Below are positions 34,901-49,900 of a DNA stretch of 64,000 nucleotides, one piece after another. Origin of the DNA: Laetmonice hystrix. Its lineage: Eukaryota. A program made the translations under genes and the position numbers. The first letter of the stretch is position 1; the number at the start of each line of letters is the position of its first letter. A model generated the notes under the pieces. The model saw nothing but the letters and a program-made list of their open reading frames with translations, was not told the DNA's origin and did not search any database. Location of the stretch: positions 2,420,001-2,484,000 of the forward strand of contig OZ249436.1 of assembly GCA_965235115.1 (NCBI GenBank), written 5' to 3'.

Positions 34901-37900
34901 TCTATCATCTACTCCCATCTAATCTATGTCCCCTACAGACCATCTGTAAGCGTCCGACAACGTTGTCAGGTCGTCCCAATGACTGTTTTCCGAAAAGCTT
35001 TAGTTAACAATGGAAAATGACGTTGTACGCCTTTTCTATATCAGATATCCCATCCCCAAGTAACAAACAAACAAAGGAAGGTTACCGAGATTTTGCAGGC
35101 AAGAAACACCAGGGTGCAGCACAACTGCACTGAAGCGGGGGGGGGGGGGACTCCGACTGCACTGCTACCTTCCGGCTAGCGGAGGAATCACCACGTACTG
35201 GCAGGCACCTGTGGTTCTGAGGCGAGAGACAGGTTAGGGCAATGATAAGCGAAAAATGGCTACATTTTTGATGCGTCAAATTGAAACTAAGCCTCCTAAA
35301 ATTATGATTCTTAGGCCAGATGTACGACTGTCAAACATATAGGTCTCGTACGTTCGCTGCAGATATATGGTTGTGATGTGTACACTTCCCATTTGAGCAT
35401 GTTCTCCAGATTTTAACATTAGATGCTCCTCGCCTGTACCTTTCATTCCCACTACCTCACTGTAGTGTTTGCACCTTTCATTAGGCCAGCCGGTAAGATT
35501 TAACGATTTTCCACTCTACTGGTTGGCCTTCCCCACTGCTTGGCCCCACAGCATACTGTTTGGCCTCACTGTAGGCCTACTCTTAGGCCTCACTGTAGTG
35601 TTCGCTTTGGTGCTAGGCCAGACAGTATACCTTGTAGCCATTCCTCCTTGTACTGTTTGGACTTCCTCGACCGTTTGCTTGTATACAAGAGTAGCCAGTA
35701 GTATAGGGACGCCTCATGTTTCATGTTTCCATGCCTTTATTGTCCAGGAGGAAGGCCATCCGTTTCGTCTATCATCTACTCCCATCTAATCTATGTCCCC
35801 TACAGACCATCTGTAAGCGTCCGACAACGTTGTCAGGTCGTCCCAATGACTGTTTGCCGTAAAGCTTTAGTTAACAATGGAAAATGACGTTGTACGCCTT
35901 TTCTATATCAGATATCCCATCCGCAAGTAACAAACAAACAAAGGAAGGTTACCGAGATTTTGCAGGCAAGAAACACCAGGGTGCAGCACAACTGCACTGA
36001 AGCGGGGGGGGGGGGGGGTCCGACTGCACTGCTACCTTCCGGCTAGCGGTGGAATCACCACGTACTGGCAGGCACCTGTGGCTCTGAGGCGAGAGACAGG
36101 TTAGGGCAATGATAAGCGAAAAATGGCCACATTTTTGATGCGTCAAATTGAAACTAAGCCTCCCAAAATTATGATTCTTAGGCCAGATGTACGACTGTCA
36201 AACGTATAGGTCTCGTACGGTCGCTACACATATATGGTTGTGATGTGTACACTTCGCATTTGAATATCTTCTCCAGATTTTAACATTAGATGCTCCTCGC
36301 CTGTACCTTTCATTTCCAGTACCTCACTGTAGTGTTTGCATGGGTACTAGGCCAGCCGGTAAGATTTAAGGATTTTCCACTCTACTGGTTGGCCTTCCCC
36401 ACTGTTTGGCCCCACAGCATACTGTTTGGCCTCACTGTAGGCCTACTCTTTGGCCTCACTGTAGTGTTCGCTTGGGTGCTAGGCCAGACGGTATACCTTG
36501 TAGCCATTCCTCCCTGTACTGTTTGGTCTTCCTCTACCGTTTGCTTGTATACAAGAGTAGCCAGTAGTATAGGGACGCCTCATGTTTCATGTTTCCATGC
36601 CTTTATTGTCCAGGAGGAAGGCCATCCGTTTCGTCTATCATCTACTCCCATCTAATCTATGTCCCCCACAGACCATCTGTAAGCGTCCGACAATGTTGTC
36701 AGGTCGTCCCAATGACTGTTTGCCGTAAGGCTTTAGTTAACAATGGAAAATGACGTTGTACGCCTTTTCTATATCAGATATCCCATCCCCAAGTAACAAA
36801 CAAACAAAGGAAGGTTACCGAGATTTTGCAGCAAGAAACACCAGGGTGCAGCAGAACTCCACTGAAGCGGAGGGGCGGGGGTCCCCGACGGCACTGCTAC
36901 CTTGCGGCTAGCGGTGGAATCACCACGTACTGGCAGGCACCTGTGGCTCTGAGGCGAGACACAGGTTAAGGCAATGATAAGCGAAAAATGGCTACATTTT
37001 TGATACGTCAAATTGAAACTAAGCCTCCCAAAACTATGATTCTTAGGCCAGATGTACGACTGTCAAACATATAGGTCTCGTACGTTCGCTACAGCAATAT
37101 GGTTGTGATGTGTACACTTCCCATTTGAGCATGTTCTCCAGATTTTAACATTAGATGCTCCTCGCCTGTACCTTTCATTTCCACTACCTCACTGTAGTGT
37201 TTGCACCTTTCATTAGGCCAGTCGGTAAGATTTAAGGATTTCTCACTCTACTGGTTGGCCTTCCCCACTGCTTGGCCCCACAGTGTACTGTTTGGCCTCA
37301 CTGTAGGCCTACTCTTAGGCCTCACTGTAGTGTTCGCTTTGGTACTAGGCCAGACAGTATACCTTGTAGCCATTCCTCCATGTACTGTTTGGTCTTCCTC
37401 TACCGTTTGCTTGTATACAAGAGTAGCCAGTAGTATAGGGACGCCTCATGTTTCATGTTTCCATGCCTTTATTGTCCAGGAGGAAGGCCATCCGTTTCGT
37501 CTATCATCTACTCCCATCTAATCTATGTCCCCTACAGACCATCTGTAAGCGTCCGACAACGTTGTCAGGTCGTCCCAATGACTGTTTCCCGAAAAGCTTT
37601 AGTTAACAATGGAAAATGACGTTGTACGCCTTTTCTATATCAGATATCCCATCCCCAAGTAACAAACAAACAAAGGAAGGTTACCGAGATTTTGCAGGCA
37701 AGAAACACCAGGGTGCAGCACAACTGCACTGAAGCGGGGGGGGGGGGGGGACTCCGACTGCACTGCTACCTTCCGGCTAGCGGAGGAATCACCACGTACT
37801 GGCAGGCACCTGTGGCTCTGAGGGGAGACACAGGTTAGGGCAATGATAAGCGAAAAAGGCTACATTTTTGATGCGTCAAATTGAAACTAAGCCTCCTAAA

Positions 37901-40900
37901 ATTATGATTCTTAGGCCAGATGTATGACTGTCAAATGTATAGGTCTCGTACGTTCGCTGCAGATATATGGTTGTGATGTGTACACTTCCCATTTGAGCAT
38001 GTTCTCCAGATTTTAACATTAGATGCTCCTCGCCTGTACCTTTCATTTCCACTACCTCACTGTAGTGTTTGCACCTTTCATTAGGCCAGCCGGTAAGATT
38101 TAACGATTTTCCACTCTACTGGTTGGCCTTCCCCACTGCTTGGCCCCACAGCATACTGTTTGGCCTCACTGTAGGCCTACTCTTAGGCCTCACTGTAGTG
38201 TTCGCTTTGGTGCTAGGCCAGACAGTATACCTTGTAGCCATTCCTCCTTGTACTGTTTGGACTTCCTCGACCGTTTGCTTGTATACAAGAGTAGCCAGTA
38301 GTATAGGGACGCCTCATGTTTCATGTTTCCATGCCTTTATTGTCCAGGAGGAAGGCCATCCGTTTCGTCTATCATCTACTCCCATCTAATCTATGTCCCC
38401 TACGGACCATCTGTAAGCGTCCGACAACGTTGTCAGGTCGTCCCAATGACTGTTTGCCCTAAAGCTTTAGTTAACAATGGAAAATGACGTTGTACGCCTT
38501 TTCTATATCAGATATCCCATCCGCAAGTAACAAACAAACAAAGGAAGGTTACCGAGATTTTGCAGGCAAGAAACACCAGGGTGCAGCACAACTGCACTGA
38601 AGCGGGGGGGGGTCCGACTGCACTGCTACCTTCCGGCTAGCGGTGGAATCACCACGTACTGGCAGGCACCTGTGGCTCTGAGGCGAGACACAGGTTAAGG
38701 CAATGATAAGCGAAAAATGGCTACATTTTTGATACGTCAAATTGAAACTAAGCCTCCCAAAACTATGATTCTTAGGCCAGATGTACGACTGTCAAACATA
38801 TAGGTCTCGTACGTTCGCTACAGCTATATGGTTGTGATGTGTACACTTCCCATTTGAGCATGTTCTCCAGATTTTAACATTAGATGCTCCTCGCCTGTAC
38901 CTTTCATTTCCACTACCTCACTGTAGTGTTTGCACCTTTCATTAGGCCAGTCGGTAAGATTTAAGGATTTCTCACTCTACTGGTTGGCCTTCCCCACTGC
39001 TTGGCCCCACAGCATACTGTTTGGCCTCACTGTAGGCCTACTCTTAGGCCTCACTGTAGTGTTCGCTTTGGTACTAGGCCAGACAGTATACCTTGTAGCC
39101 ATTCCTCCATGTACTGTTTGGTCTTCCTCTACCGTTTGCTTGTATACAAGAGTAGCCAGTAGTATAGGGACGCCTCATGTTTCATGTTTCATGTTTCCAT
39201 GCCTTTATCGTCCAGGAGGAAGGCCATCCGTTTCGTCTATCATCTACTCCCATCTAATCTATGTCCCCTACAGACCATCTGTAAGCGTCCGACAACGTTG
39301 TCAGGTCGTCCAAATGACTGTTTGCCGTAAAGCTTTAGTTAACAATGGAAAATGACGTTGTACGCCTTTTCTATATCAGATATCCCATCCCCAAGTAACA
39401 AACAAACAAAGGAAGGTTACCGAGATTTTGCAGGCAAGAAACACCAGGGTGCAGCACAACTGCACTGAAGCGGGGGGGGGGGGGGTCTCCGACTGCACTG
39501 CTACCTTCCGGCTAGCGGTGGAATCACCACGTACTGGCAGGCACCTGTGCCTCTGAGGCGAGAGACAGGTTAGGGCAATGATAAGCGAAAAATGGCTACA
39601 TTTTTGATGCGTCAAATTGAAACTAAGCCTCCCAAAATTATGATTCTTAGGCCAGATGTACGACTGTCAAACGTATAGGTCTCGTACGTTCGCTACAGCT
39701 ATATGGTTGTGATGTGTACACTTCCCATTTGAGCATGTTCTCCAGATTTTAACATTAGATGCTCCTCGCCTGTACCTTTCATTCCCACTACCTCACTGTA
39801 GTGTTTGCACCTTTCATTAGGCCAGCCGGTAAGATTTAAGGATTTTCCACTCTACTGGTTAGCCTTCCCCACTGCTTGGCCCCACAGCATACTGTTTGGC
39901 CTCACTGTAGGCCTACTCTTAGGCCTCACTGTAGTGTTCGCTTTGGTGCTAGGCCAGACAGTATACCTTGTAGCCATTCCTCCCTGTACTGTTTGGACTT
40001 CCTCTACCGTTTGCTTGTATACAAGAGTAGCCAGTAGTATAGGGACGCCTCATGTTTCATGTTTCCATGCCTTTATTGTCCCGGAGGAAGGCCATCCGTT
40101 TCGTCTATCATCTACTCCCATGTAATCTATGTCCCCTACAGACCATCTGTTAGTGTCCGACAACGTTGTCAGGTCGTCCCACTGACTGTTTGCCGAAAAG
40201 CTTTAGTTAACAATGGAAAATGACGTTGTACGCCTTTTCTATATCAGATATCCCATCCCCAAGTAACAAACAAACAAAGGAAGGTTACCGAGATTTTGCA
40301 GGCAAGAAACACCAGGGTGCAGCACAACTGCACTGAAGCGGGGGGGGGGGGGTCCGACTGCACTGCTACCTTCCGGCTAGCGGTGGAATCACCACGTACT
40401 GGCAGGCACCTGTGGCTCTGAGGCGAGACACAGGTTAAGGCAATGATAAGCGAAAAATGGCTACATTTTTGATACGTCAAATTGAAACTAAGCCTCCCAA
40501 AACTATGATTCTTAGGCCAGATGTACGACTGTCAAACATATAGGTCTCGTACGTTCGCTACAGCTATATGGTTGTGATGTGTACACTTCCCATTTGAGCA
40601 TGTTCTCCAGATTTTAACATTAGATGCTCCTCGCCTGTACCTTTCATTTCCACTACCTCACTGTAGTGTTTGCACCTTTCATTAGGCCAGTCGGTAAGAT
40701 TTAAGGATTTCTCACTCTACTGGTTGGCCTTCCCCACTGCTTGGCCCCACAGCATACTGTTTGGCCTCACTGTAGGCCTACTCTTAGGCCTCACTGTAGT
40801 GTTCGCTTTGGTACTAGGCCAGACAGTATACCTTGTAGCCATTCCTCCATGTACTGTTTGGTCTTCCTCTACCGTTTGCTTGTATACAAGAGTAGCCAGT

Positions 40901-43900
40901 AGTATAGGGACGCCTCATGTTTCATGTTTCATGTTTCCATGCCTTTATCGTCCAGGAGGAAGGCCATCCGTTTCGTCTATCATCTACTCCCATCTAATCT
41001 ATGTCCCCTACAGACCATCTGTAAGCGTCCGACAACGTTGTCAGGTCGTCCAAATGACTGTTTGCCGTAAAGCTTTAGTTAACAATGGAAAATGACGTTG
41101 TACGCCTTTTCTATATCAGATATCCCATCCCCAAGTAACAAACAAACAAAGGAAGGTTACCGAGATTTTGCAGGCAAGAAACACCAGGGTGCAGCACAAC
41201 TGCACTGAAGCGGGGGGGGGGGGGGTCTCCGACTGCACTGCTACCTTCCGGCTAGCGGTGGAATCACCACGTACTGGCAGGCACCTGTGCCTCTGAGGCG
41301 AGAGACAGGTTAGGGCAATGATAAGCGAAAAATGGCTACATTTTTGATGCGTCAAATTGAAACTAAGCCTCCCAAAATTATGATTCTTAGGCCAGATGTA
41401 CGACTGTCAAACGTATAGGTCTCGTACGTTCGCTACAGCTATATGGTTGTGATGTGTACACTTCCCATTTGAGCATGTTCTCCAGATTTTAACATTAGAT
41501 GCTCCTCGCCTGTACCTTTCATTCCCACTACCTCACTGTAGTGTTTGCACCTTTCATTAGGCCAGCCGGTAAGATTTAAGGATTTTCCACTCTACTGGTT
41601 AGCCTTCCCCACTGCTTGGCCCCACAGCATACTGTTTGGCCTCACTGTAGGCCTACTCTTAGGCCTCACTGTAGTGTTCGCTTTGGTGCTAGGCCAGACA
41701 GTATACCTTGTAGCCATTCCTCCCTGTACTGTTTGGACTTCCTCTACCGTTTGCTTGTATACAAGAGTAGCCAGTAGTATAGGGACGCCTCATGTTTCAT
41801 GTTTCCATGCCTTTATTGTCCCGGAGGAAGGCCATCCGTTTCGTCTATCATCTACTCCCATGTAATCTATGTCCCCTACAGACCATCTGTTAGTGTCCGA
41901 CAACGTTGTCAGGTCGTCCCACTGACTGTTTGCCGAAAAGCTTTAGTTAACAATGGAAAATGACGTTGTACGCCTTTTCTATATCAGATATCCCATCCCC
42001 AAGTAACAAACAAACAAAGGAAGGTTACCGAGATTTTGCAGGCAAGAAACACCAGGGTGCAGCACAACTGCACTGAAGCGGGGGGGGGGGGGATTCCGAC
42101 TGCACTGCTACCTTCCGGCTAGCGGTGGAATCACCACGTACTGGCAGGCACCTGTGGCTCTGAGGCGAGAGACAGGTTAGGGCAATGATAAGCGAAAAAT
42201 GGCTACATTTTTGATACGTCAAATTGAAACTAAGCCTCCCAAAATTATGATTCTTAGGCCAGATGTACGACTGTCAAACGTATAGGTCTCGTACTTTCGC
42301 TACAGATATATGGTTGTGATGTGTACACTTCCCATTTGAGCATGTTCTCCAGATTTTAACATTAGATGCTCCTCGCCTGTACCTTTCATTTCCACTACCT
42401 CACTGTAGTGTTTGCACCTTTCATTAGGCCAGCCGGTAAGATTTAACGATTTTCCACTCTACTAGTTGGCCTTCCCCACTGCTTGGCCCCACAGCATACT
42501 GTTTGGCCTCACTGTAGGCCTACTCTTTGGCCTCACTGTAGTGTTCGCTTGGGTGCTAGGCCAGACGGTATACCTTGTAGCCATTCCTCCCTGTACTGTT
42601 TGGTCTTCCTCTACCGTTTGCTTGTCTACAAGAGTAGCCAGTAGTATAGGGACGCCTCATGTTTCATGTTTCCATGCCTTTATTGTCCAGGAGGAAGGCC
42701 ATCCGTTTCGTCTATCATCTACTCCCATCTAATCTATGTCCCCCACAGACCATCTGTAAGCGTCCGACAACGTTGTCAGGTCGTCCCAATGACTGTTTGC
42801 CCTAAAGCTTTAGTTAACAATGGAAAATGACGTTGTACGCCTTTTCTATATCAGATATCCCATCCGCAAGTAACAAACAAACAAAGGAAGGTTACCGAGA
42901 TTTTGCAGGCAAGAAACACCAGGGTGCAGCACAACTGCACTGAAGCGGGGGGGGGGGGTCCGACTGCACTGCTACCTTCCGGCTAGCGGTGGAATCACCA
43001 CGTACTGGCAGGCACCTGTGGCTCTGAGGCGAGACACAGGTTAAGGCAATGATAAGCGAAAAATGGCTACATTTTTGATACGTCAAATTGAAACTAAGCC
43101 TCCCAAAACTATGATTCTTAGGCCAGATGTACGACTGTCAAACATATAGGTCTCGTACGTTCGCTACAGCTATATGGTTGTGATGTGTACACTTCCCATT
43201 TGAGCATGTTCTCCAGATTTTAACATTAGATGCTCCTCGCCTGTACCTTTCATTTCCACTACCTCACTGTAGTGTTTGCACCTTTCATTAGGCCAGTCGG
43301 TAAGATTTAAGGATTTCTCACTCTACTGGTTGGCCTTCCCCACTGCTTGGCCCCACAGCATACTGTTTGGCCTCACTGTAGGCCTACTCTTAGGCCTCAC
43401 TGTAGTGTTCGCTTTGGTACTAGGCCAGACAGTATACCTTGTAGCCATTCCTCCATGTACTGTTTGGTCTTCCTCTACCGTTTGCTTGTATACAAGAGTA
43501 GCCAGTAGTATAGGGACGCCTCATGTTTCATGTTTCATGTTTCCATGCCTTTATCGTCCAGGAGGAAGGCCATCCGTTTCGTCTATCATCTACTCCCATC
43601 TAATCTATGTCCCCTACAGACCATCTGTAAGCGTCCGACAACGTTGTCAGGTCGTCCAAATGACTGTTTGCCGTAAAGCTTTAGTTAACAATGGAAAATG
43701 ACGTTGTACGCCTTTTCTATATCAGATATCCCATCCCCAAGTAACAAACAAACAAAGGAAGGTTACCGAGATTTTGCAGGCAAGAAACACCAGGGTGCAG
43801 CACAACTGCACTGAAGCGGGGGGGGGGGGGGTCTCCGACTGCACTGCTACCTTCCGGCTAGCGGTGGAATCACCACGTACTGGCAGGCACCTGTGCCTCT

Positions 43901-46900
43901 GAGGCGAGAGACAGGTTAGGGCAATGATAAGCGAAAAATGGCTACATTTTTGATGCGTCAAATTGAAACTAAGCCTCCCAAAATTATGATTCTTAGGCCA
44001 GATGTACGACTGTCAAACGTATAGGTCTCGTACGTTCGCTACAGCTATATGGTTGTGATGTGTACACTTCCCATTTGAGCATGTTCTCCAGATTTTAACA
44101 TTAGATGCTCCTCGCCTGTACCTTTCATTCCCACTACCTCACTGTAGTGTTTGCACCTTTCATTAGGCCAGCCGGTAAGATTTAAGGATTTTCCACTCTA
44201 CTGGTTAGCCTTCCCCACTGCTTGGCCCCACAGCATACTGTTTGGCCTCACTGTAGGCCTACTCTTAGGCCTCACTGTAGTGTTCGCTTTGGTGCTAGGC
44301 CAGACAGTATACCTTGTAGCCATTCCTCCCTGTACTGTTTGGACTTCCTCTACCGTTTGCTTGTATACAAGAGTAGCCAGTAGTATAGGGACGCCTCATG
44401 TTTCATGTTTCCATGCCTTTATTGTCCCGGAGGAAGGCCATCCGTTTCGTCTATCATCTACTCCCATGTAATCTATGTCCCCTACAGACCATCTGTAAGT
44501 GTCCGACAACGTTGTCAGGTCGTCCCACTGACTGTTTGCCGAAAAGCTTTAGTTAACAATGGAAAATGACGTTGTACGCCTTTTCTATATCAGATATCCC
44601 ATCCCCAAGTAACAAACAAACAAAGGAAGGTTACCGAGATTTTGCAGGCAAGAAACACCAGGGTGCAGCACAACTGCACTGAAGCGGGGGGGGGGATTCC
44701 GACTGCACTGCTACCTTCCGGCTAGCGGTGGAATCACCACGTACTGGCAGGCACCTGTGGCTCTGAGGCGAGAGACAGGTTAGGGCAATGATAAGCGAAA
44801 AATGGCTACATTTTTGATACGTCAAATTGAAACTAAGCCTCCCAAAATTATGATTCTTAGGCCAGATGTACGACTGTCAAACGTATAGGTCTCGTACTTT
44901 CGCTACAGATATATGGTTGTGATGTGTACACTTCCCATTTGAGCATGTTCTCCAGATTTTAACATTAGATGCTCCTCGCCTGTACCTTTCATTTCCACTA
45001 CCTCACTGTAGTGTTTGCACCTTTCATTAGGCCAGCCGGTAAGATTTAACGATTTTCCACTCTACTGGTTGGCCTTCCCCACTGCTTGGCCCCACAGCAT
45101 ACTGTTTGGCCTCACTGTAGGCCTACTCTTTGGCCTCACTGTAGTGTTCGCTTGGGTGCTAGGCCAGACGGTATACCTTGTAGCCATTCCTCCCTGTACT
45201 GTTTGGTCTTCCTCTACCGTTTGCTTGTCTACAAGAGTAGCCAGTAGTATAGGGACGCCTCATGTTTCATGTTTCCATGCCTTTATTGTCCAGGAGGAAG
45301 GCCATCCGTTTCGTCTATCATCTACTCCCATCTAATCTATGTCCCCCACAGACCATCTGTAAGCGTCCGACAATGTTGTCAGGTCGTCCCAATGACTGTT
45401 TGCCGTAAGGCTTTAGTTAACAATGGAAAATGACGTTGTACGCCTTTTCTATATCAGATATCCCATCCCCAAGTAACAAACAAACAAAGGAAGGTTACCG
45501 AGATTTTGCAGGCAAGAAACACCAGGGTGCAGCACAACTCCACTGAAGCGGAGGGGCGGGGGTCCCCGACTGCACTGCTACCTTCCGGCTAGCGGTGGAA
45601 TCACCACGTACTGGCAGGCACCTGTGGCTCTGAGGCGAGACACAGGTTAAGGCAATGATAAGCGAAAAATGGCTACATTTTTGATACGTCAAATTGAAAC
45701 TAAGCCTCCCAAAACTATGATTCTTAGGCCAGATGTACGACTGTCAAAGATATAGGTCTCGTACGTTCGCTACAGCTATATGGTTGTGATGTGTACACTT
45801 CCCATTTGAGCATGTTCTCCAGATTTTAACATTAGATGCTCCTCGCCTGTACCTTTCATTTCCACTACCTCACTGTAGTGTTTGCACCTTTCATTAGGCC
45901 AGTCGGTAAGATTTAAGGATTTCTCACTCTACTGGTTGGCCTTCCCCACTGCTTGGCCCCACAGTGTACTGTTTGGCCTCACTGTAGGCCTACTCTTAGG
46001 CCTCACTGTAGTGTTCGCTTTGGTACTTGGCCAGACAGTATACCTTGTAGCCATTCCTCCATGTACTGTTTGGTCTTCCTCTACCGTTTGCTTGTATACA
46101 AGAGTAGCCAGTAGTATAGGGACGCCTCATGTTTCATGTTTCCATGCCTTTATTGTCCAGGAGGAAGGCCATCCGTTTCGTCTATCATCTACTCCCATCT
46201 AATCTATGTCCCCTACAGACCATCTGTAAGCGTCCGACAACGTTGTCAGGTCGTCCCAATGACTGTTTGCCGAAAAGCTTTAGTTAACAATGGAAAATGA
46301 CGTTGTACGCCTTTTCTATATCAGATATCCCATCCCCAAGTAACAAACAAACAAAGGAAGGTTACCGAGATTTTGCAGGCAAGAAACACCAGGGTGCAGC
46401 ACAACTGCACTGAAGCGGGGGGGGGGGGGACTCCGACTGCACTGCTACCTTCCGGCTAGCGGAGGAATCACCACGTACTGGCAGGCACCTGTGGTTCTGA
46501 GGCGAGAGACAGGTTAGGGCAATGATAAGCGAAAAATGGCTACATTTTTGATGCGTCAAATTGAAACTAAGCCTCCTAAAATTATGATTCTTAGGCCAGA
46601 TGTACGACTGTCAAATGTATAGGTCTCGTACGTTCGCTACAGATATATGGTTGTGATGTGTACACTTCCCATTTGAGCATGTTCTCCAGATTTTAACATT
46701 AGATGCTCCTCGCCTGTACCTTTCATTCCCACTACCTCACTGTAGTGTTTGCACCTTTCATTAGGCCAGCCGGTAAGATTTAACGATTTTCCACTCTACT
46801 GGTTGGCCTTCCCCACTGCTTGGCCCCACAGCATACTGTTTGGCCTCACTGTAGGCCTACTCTTAGGCCTCACTGTAGTGTTCGCTTTGGTGCTAGGCCA

Positions 46901-49900
46901 GACAGTATACCTTGTAGCCATTCCTCCTTGTACTGTTTGGACTTCCTCGACCGTTTGCTTGTATACAAGAGTAGCCAGTAGTATAGGGACGCCTCATGTT
47001 TCATGTTTCCATGCCTTTATCGTCCAGGAGGAAGGCCATCCGTTTCGTCTATCATCTACTCCCATCTAATCTATGTCCCCTACAGACCATCTGTAAGCGT
47101 CCGACAACGTTGTCAGGTCGTCCAAATGACTGTTTGCCGTAAAGCTTTAGTTAACAATGGAAAATGACGTTGTACGCCTTTTCTATATCAGATATCCCAT
47201 CCCCAAGTAACAAACAAACAAAGGAAGGTTACCGAGATTTTGCAGGCAAGAAACACCAGGGTGCAGCACAACTGCACTGAAGCGGGGGGGGGGGGTCTCC
47301 GACTGCACTGCTACCTTCCGGCTAGCGGTGGAATCACCACGTACTGGCAGGCACCTGTGCCTCTGAGGCGAGAGACAGGTTAGGGCAATGATAAGCGAAA
47401 AATGGCTACATTTTTGATGCGTCAAATTGAAACTAAGCCTCCCAAAATTATGATTCTTAGGCCAGATGTACGACTGTCAAACGTATAGGTCTCGTACGGT
47501 CGCTACACATATATGGTTGTGATGTGTACACTTGGCATTTGAATATCTTCTCCAGATTTTAACATTAGATGCTCCTCGCCTGTACCTTTCATTTCCAGTA
47601 CCTCACTGTAGTGTTTGCATGGGTACTAGGCCAGCCGGTAAGATTTAAGGATTTTCCACTCTACTGGTTGGCCTTCCCCACTGTTTGGCCCCACAGCATA
47701 CTGTTTGGCCTCACTGTAGGCCTACTCTTTGGCCTCACTGTAGTGTTCGCTTGGGTGCTAGGCCAGACGGTATACCTTGTAGCCATTCCTCCCTGTACTG
47801 TTTGGTCTTCCTCTACCGTTTGCTTGTATACAAGAGTAGCCAGTAGTATAGGGACGCCTCATGTTTCATGTTTCATGTTTCCATGCCTTTATCGTCTAGG
47901 AGGAAGGCCATCCGTTTCGTCTATTATCTACTCCCATCTAATCTATGTCCCCTACAGACCATCTGTAAGCGTCCGACAACGTTGTCAGGTCGTCCAAATG
48001 ACTGTTTGCCGTAAAGCTTTAGTTAACAATGGAAAATGACGTTGTACGCCTTTTCTATATCAGATATCCCATCCCCAAGTAACAAACAAACAAAGGAAGG
48101 TTACCGAGATTTTGCAGGCAAGAAACACCAGGGTGCAGCACAACTGCACTGAAGCGGGGGGGGGGGGGTCTCCGACTGCACTGCTACCTTCCGGCTAGCG
48201 GTGGAATCACCACGTACTGGCAGGCACCTGTGGCTCTGAGGCGAGAGACAGGTTAGGGCAATGATAAGCGAAGAAATGCTACATTTTTGATGCGTCAAAT
48301 TGAAACTAAGCCTCCCAAAATTATGATTCTTAGGCCAGATGTACGACTGTCAAACGTATAGGTCTCGTACGTTCGCTACAGATATATGGTTGTGATGTGT
48401 ACACTTCGCATTTGAGTATCTCCTCCAGATTTTAACGTTAGATGCTCCTCGCCTGTACCTTTCATTTCCACTACCTCACTGTAGTGTTTGCACCTTTCAT
48501 TAGGCCAGCCGGTAAGATTTAACGATTTTCCACTCTACTGGTTGGCCTTCCCCACTGCTTGGCCCCATAGCATACTGTTTGGCCTCACTGTAGGCCTACT
48601 CTTTGGCCTCACTGTAGTGTTCGCTTGGGTGCTAGGCCAGACGGTATGCCTTGTAGCCATTCCTCCCTGTACTGTTTGGTCTTCCTCTACCGTTTGCTTG
48701 TATACAAGAGTAGCCAGTAGTATAGGGACGCCTCATGTTTCATGTTTCCATGCCTTTATTGTCCAGGAGGAAGGCCATCCGTTTCGTCTATCATCTACTC
48801 CCATCTAATCTATGTCCCCCACAGACCATCTGTAAGCGTCCGACAATGTTGTCAGGTCGTCCCAATGACTGTTTGCCGTAAGGCTTTAGTTAACAATGGA
48901 AAATGACGTTGTACGCCTTTTCTATATCAGATATCCCATCCCCAAGTAACAAACAAACAAAGGAAGGTTACCGAGATTTTGCAGCAAGAAACACCAGGGT
49001 GCAGGGTCCACTGAAGCGGAGGGGCGGGGGTCCCCGACGGCACTGCTACCTTGCGGCTAGCGGTGGAATCACCACGTACTGGCAGGCACCTGTGGCTCTG
49101 AGGCGAGACACAGGTTAAGGCAATGATAAGCGAAAAATGGCTACATTTTTGATACGTCAAATTGAAACTAAGCCTCCCAAAACTATGATTCTTAGGCCAG
49201 ATGTACGACTGTCAAACATATAGGTCTCGTACGTTCGCTACAGCAATATGGTTGTGATGTGTACACTTCCCATTTGAGCATGTTCTCCAGATTTTAACAT
49301 TAGATGCTCCTCGCCTGTACCTTTCATTTCCACTACCTCACTGTAGTGTTTGCACCTTTCATTAGGCCAGTCGGTAAGATTTAAGGATTTCTCACTCTAC
49401 TGGTTGGCCTTCCCCACTGCTTGGCCCCACAGTGTACTGTTTGGCCTCACTGTAGGCCTACTCTTAGGCCTCACTGTAGTGTTCGCTTTGGTACTAGGCC
49501 AGACAGTATACCTTGTAGCCATTCCTCCATGTACTGTTTGGTCTTCCTCTACCGTTTGCTTGTATACAAGAGTAGCCAGTAGTATAGGGACGCCTCATGT
49601 TTCATGTTTCCATGCCTTTATTGTCCAGGAGGAAGGCCATCCGTTTCGTCTATCATCTACTCCCATCTAATCTATGTCCCCTACAGACCATCTGTAAGCG
49701 TCCGACAACGTTGTCAGGTCGTCCCAATGACTGTTTCCCGAAAAGCTTTAGTTAACAATGGAAAATGACGTTGTACGCCTTTTCTATATCAGATATCCCA
49801 TCCCCAAGTAACAAACAAACAAAGGAAGGTTACCGAGATTTTGCAGGCAAGAAACACCAGGGTGCAGCACAACTGCACTGAAGCGGGGGGGGGGGGGACT

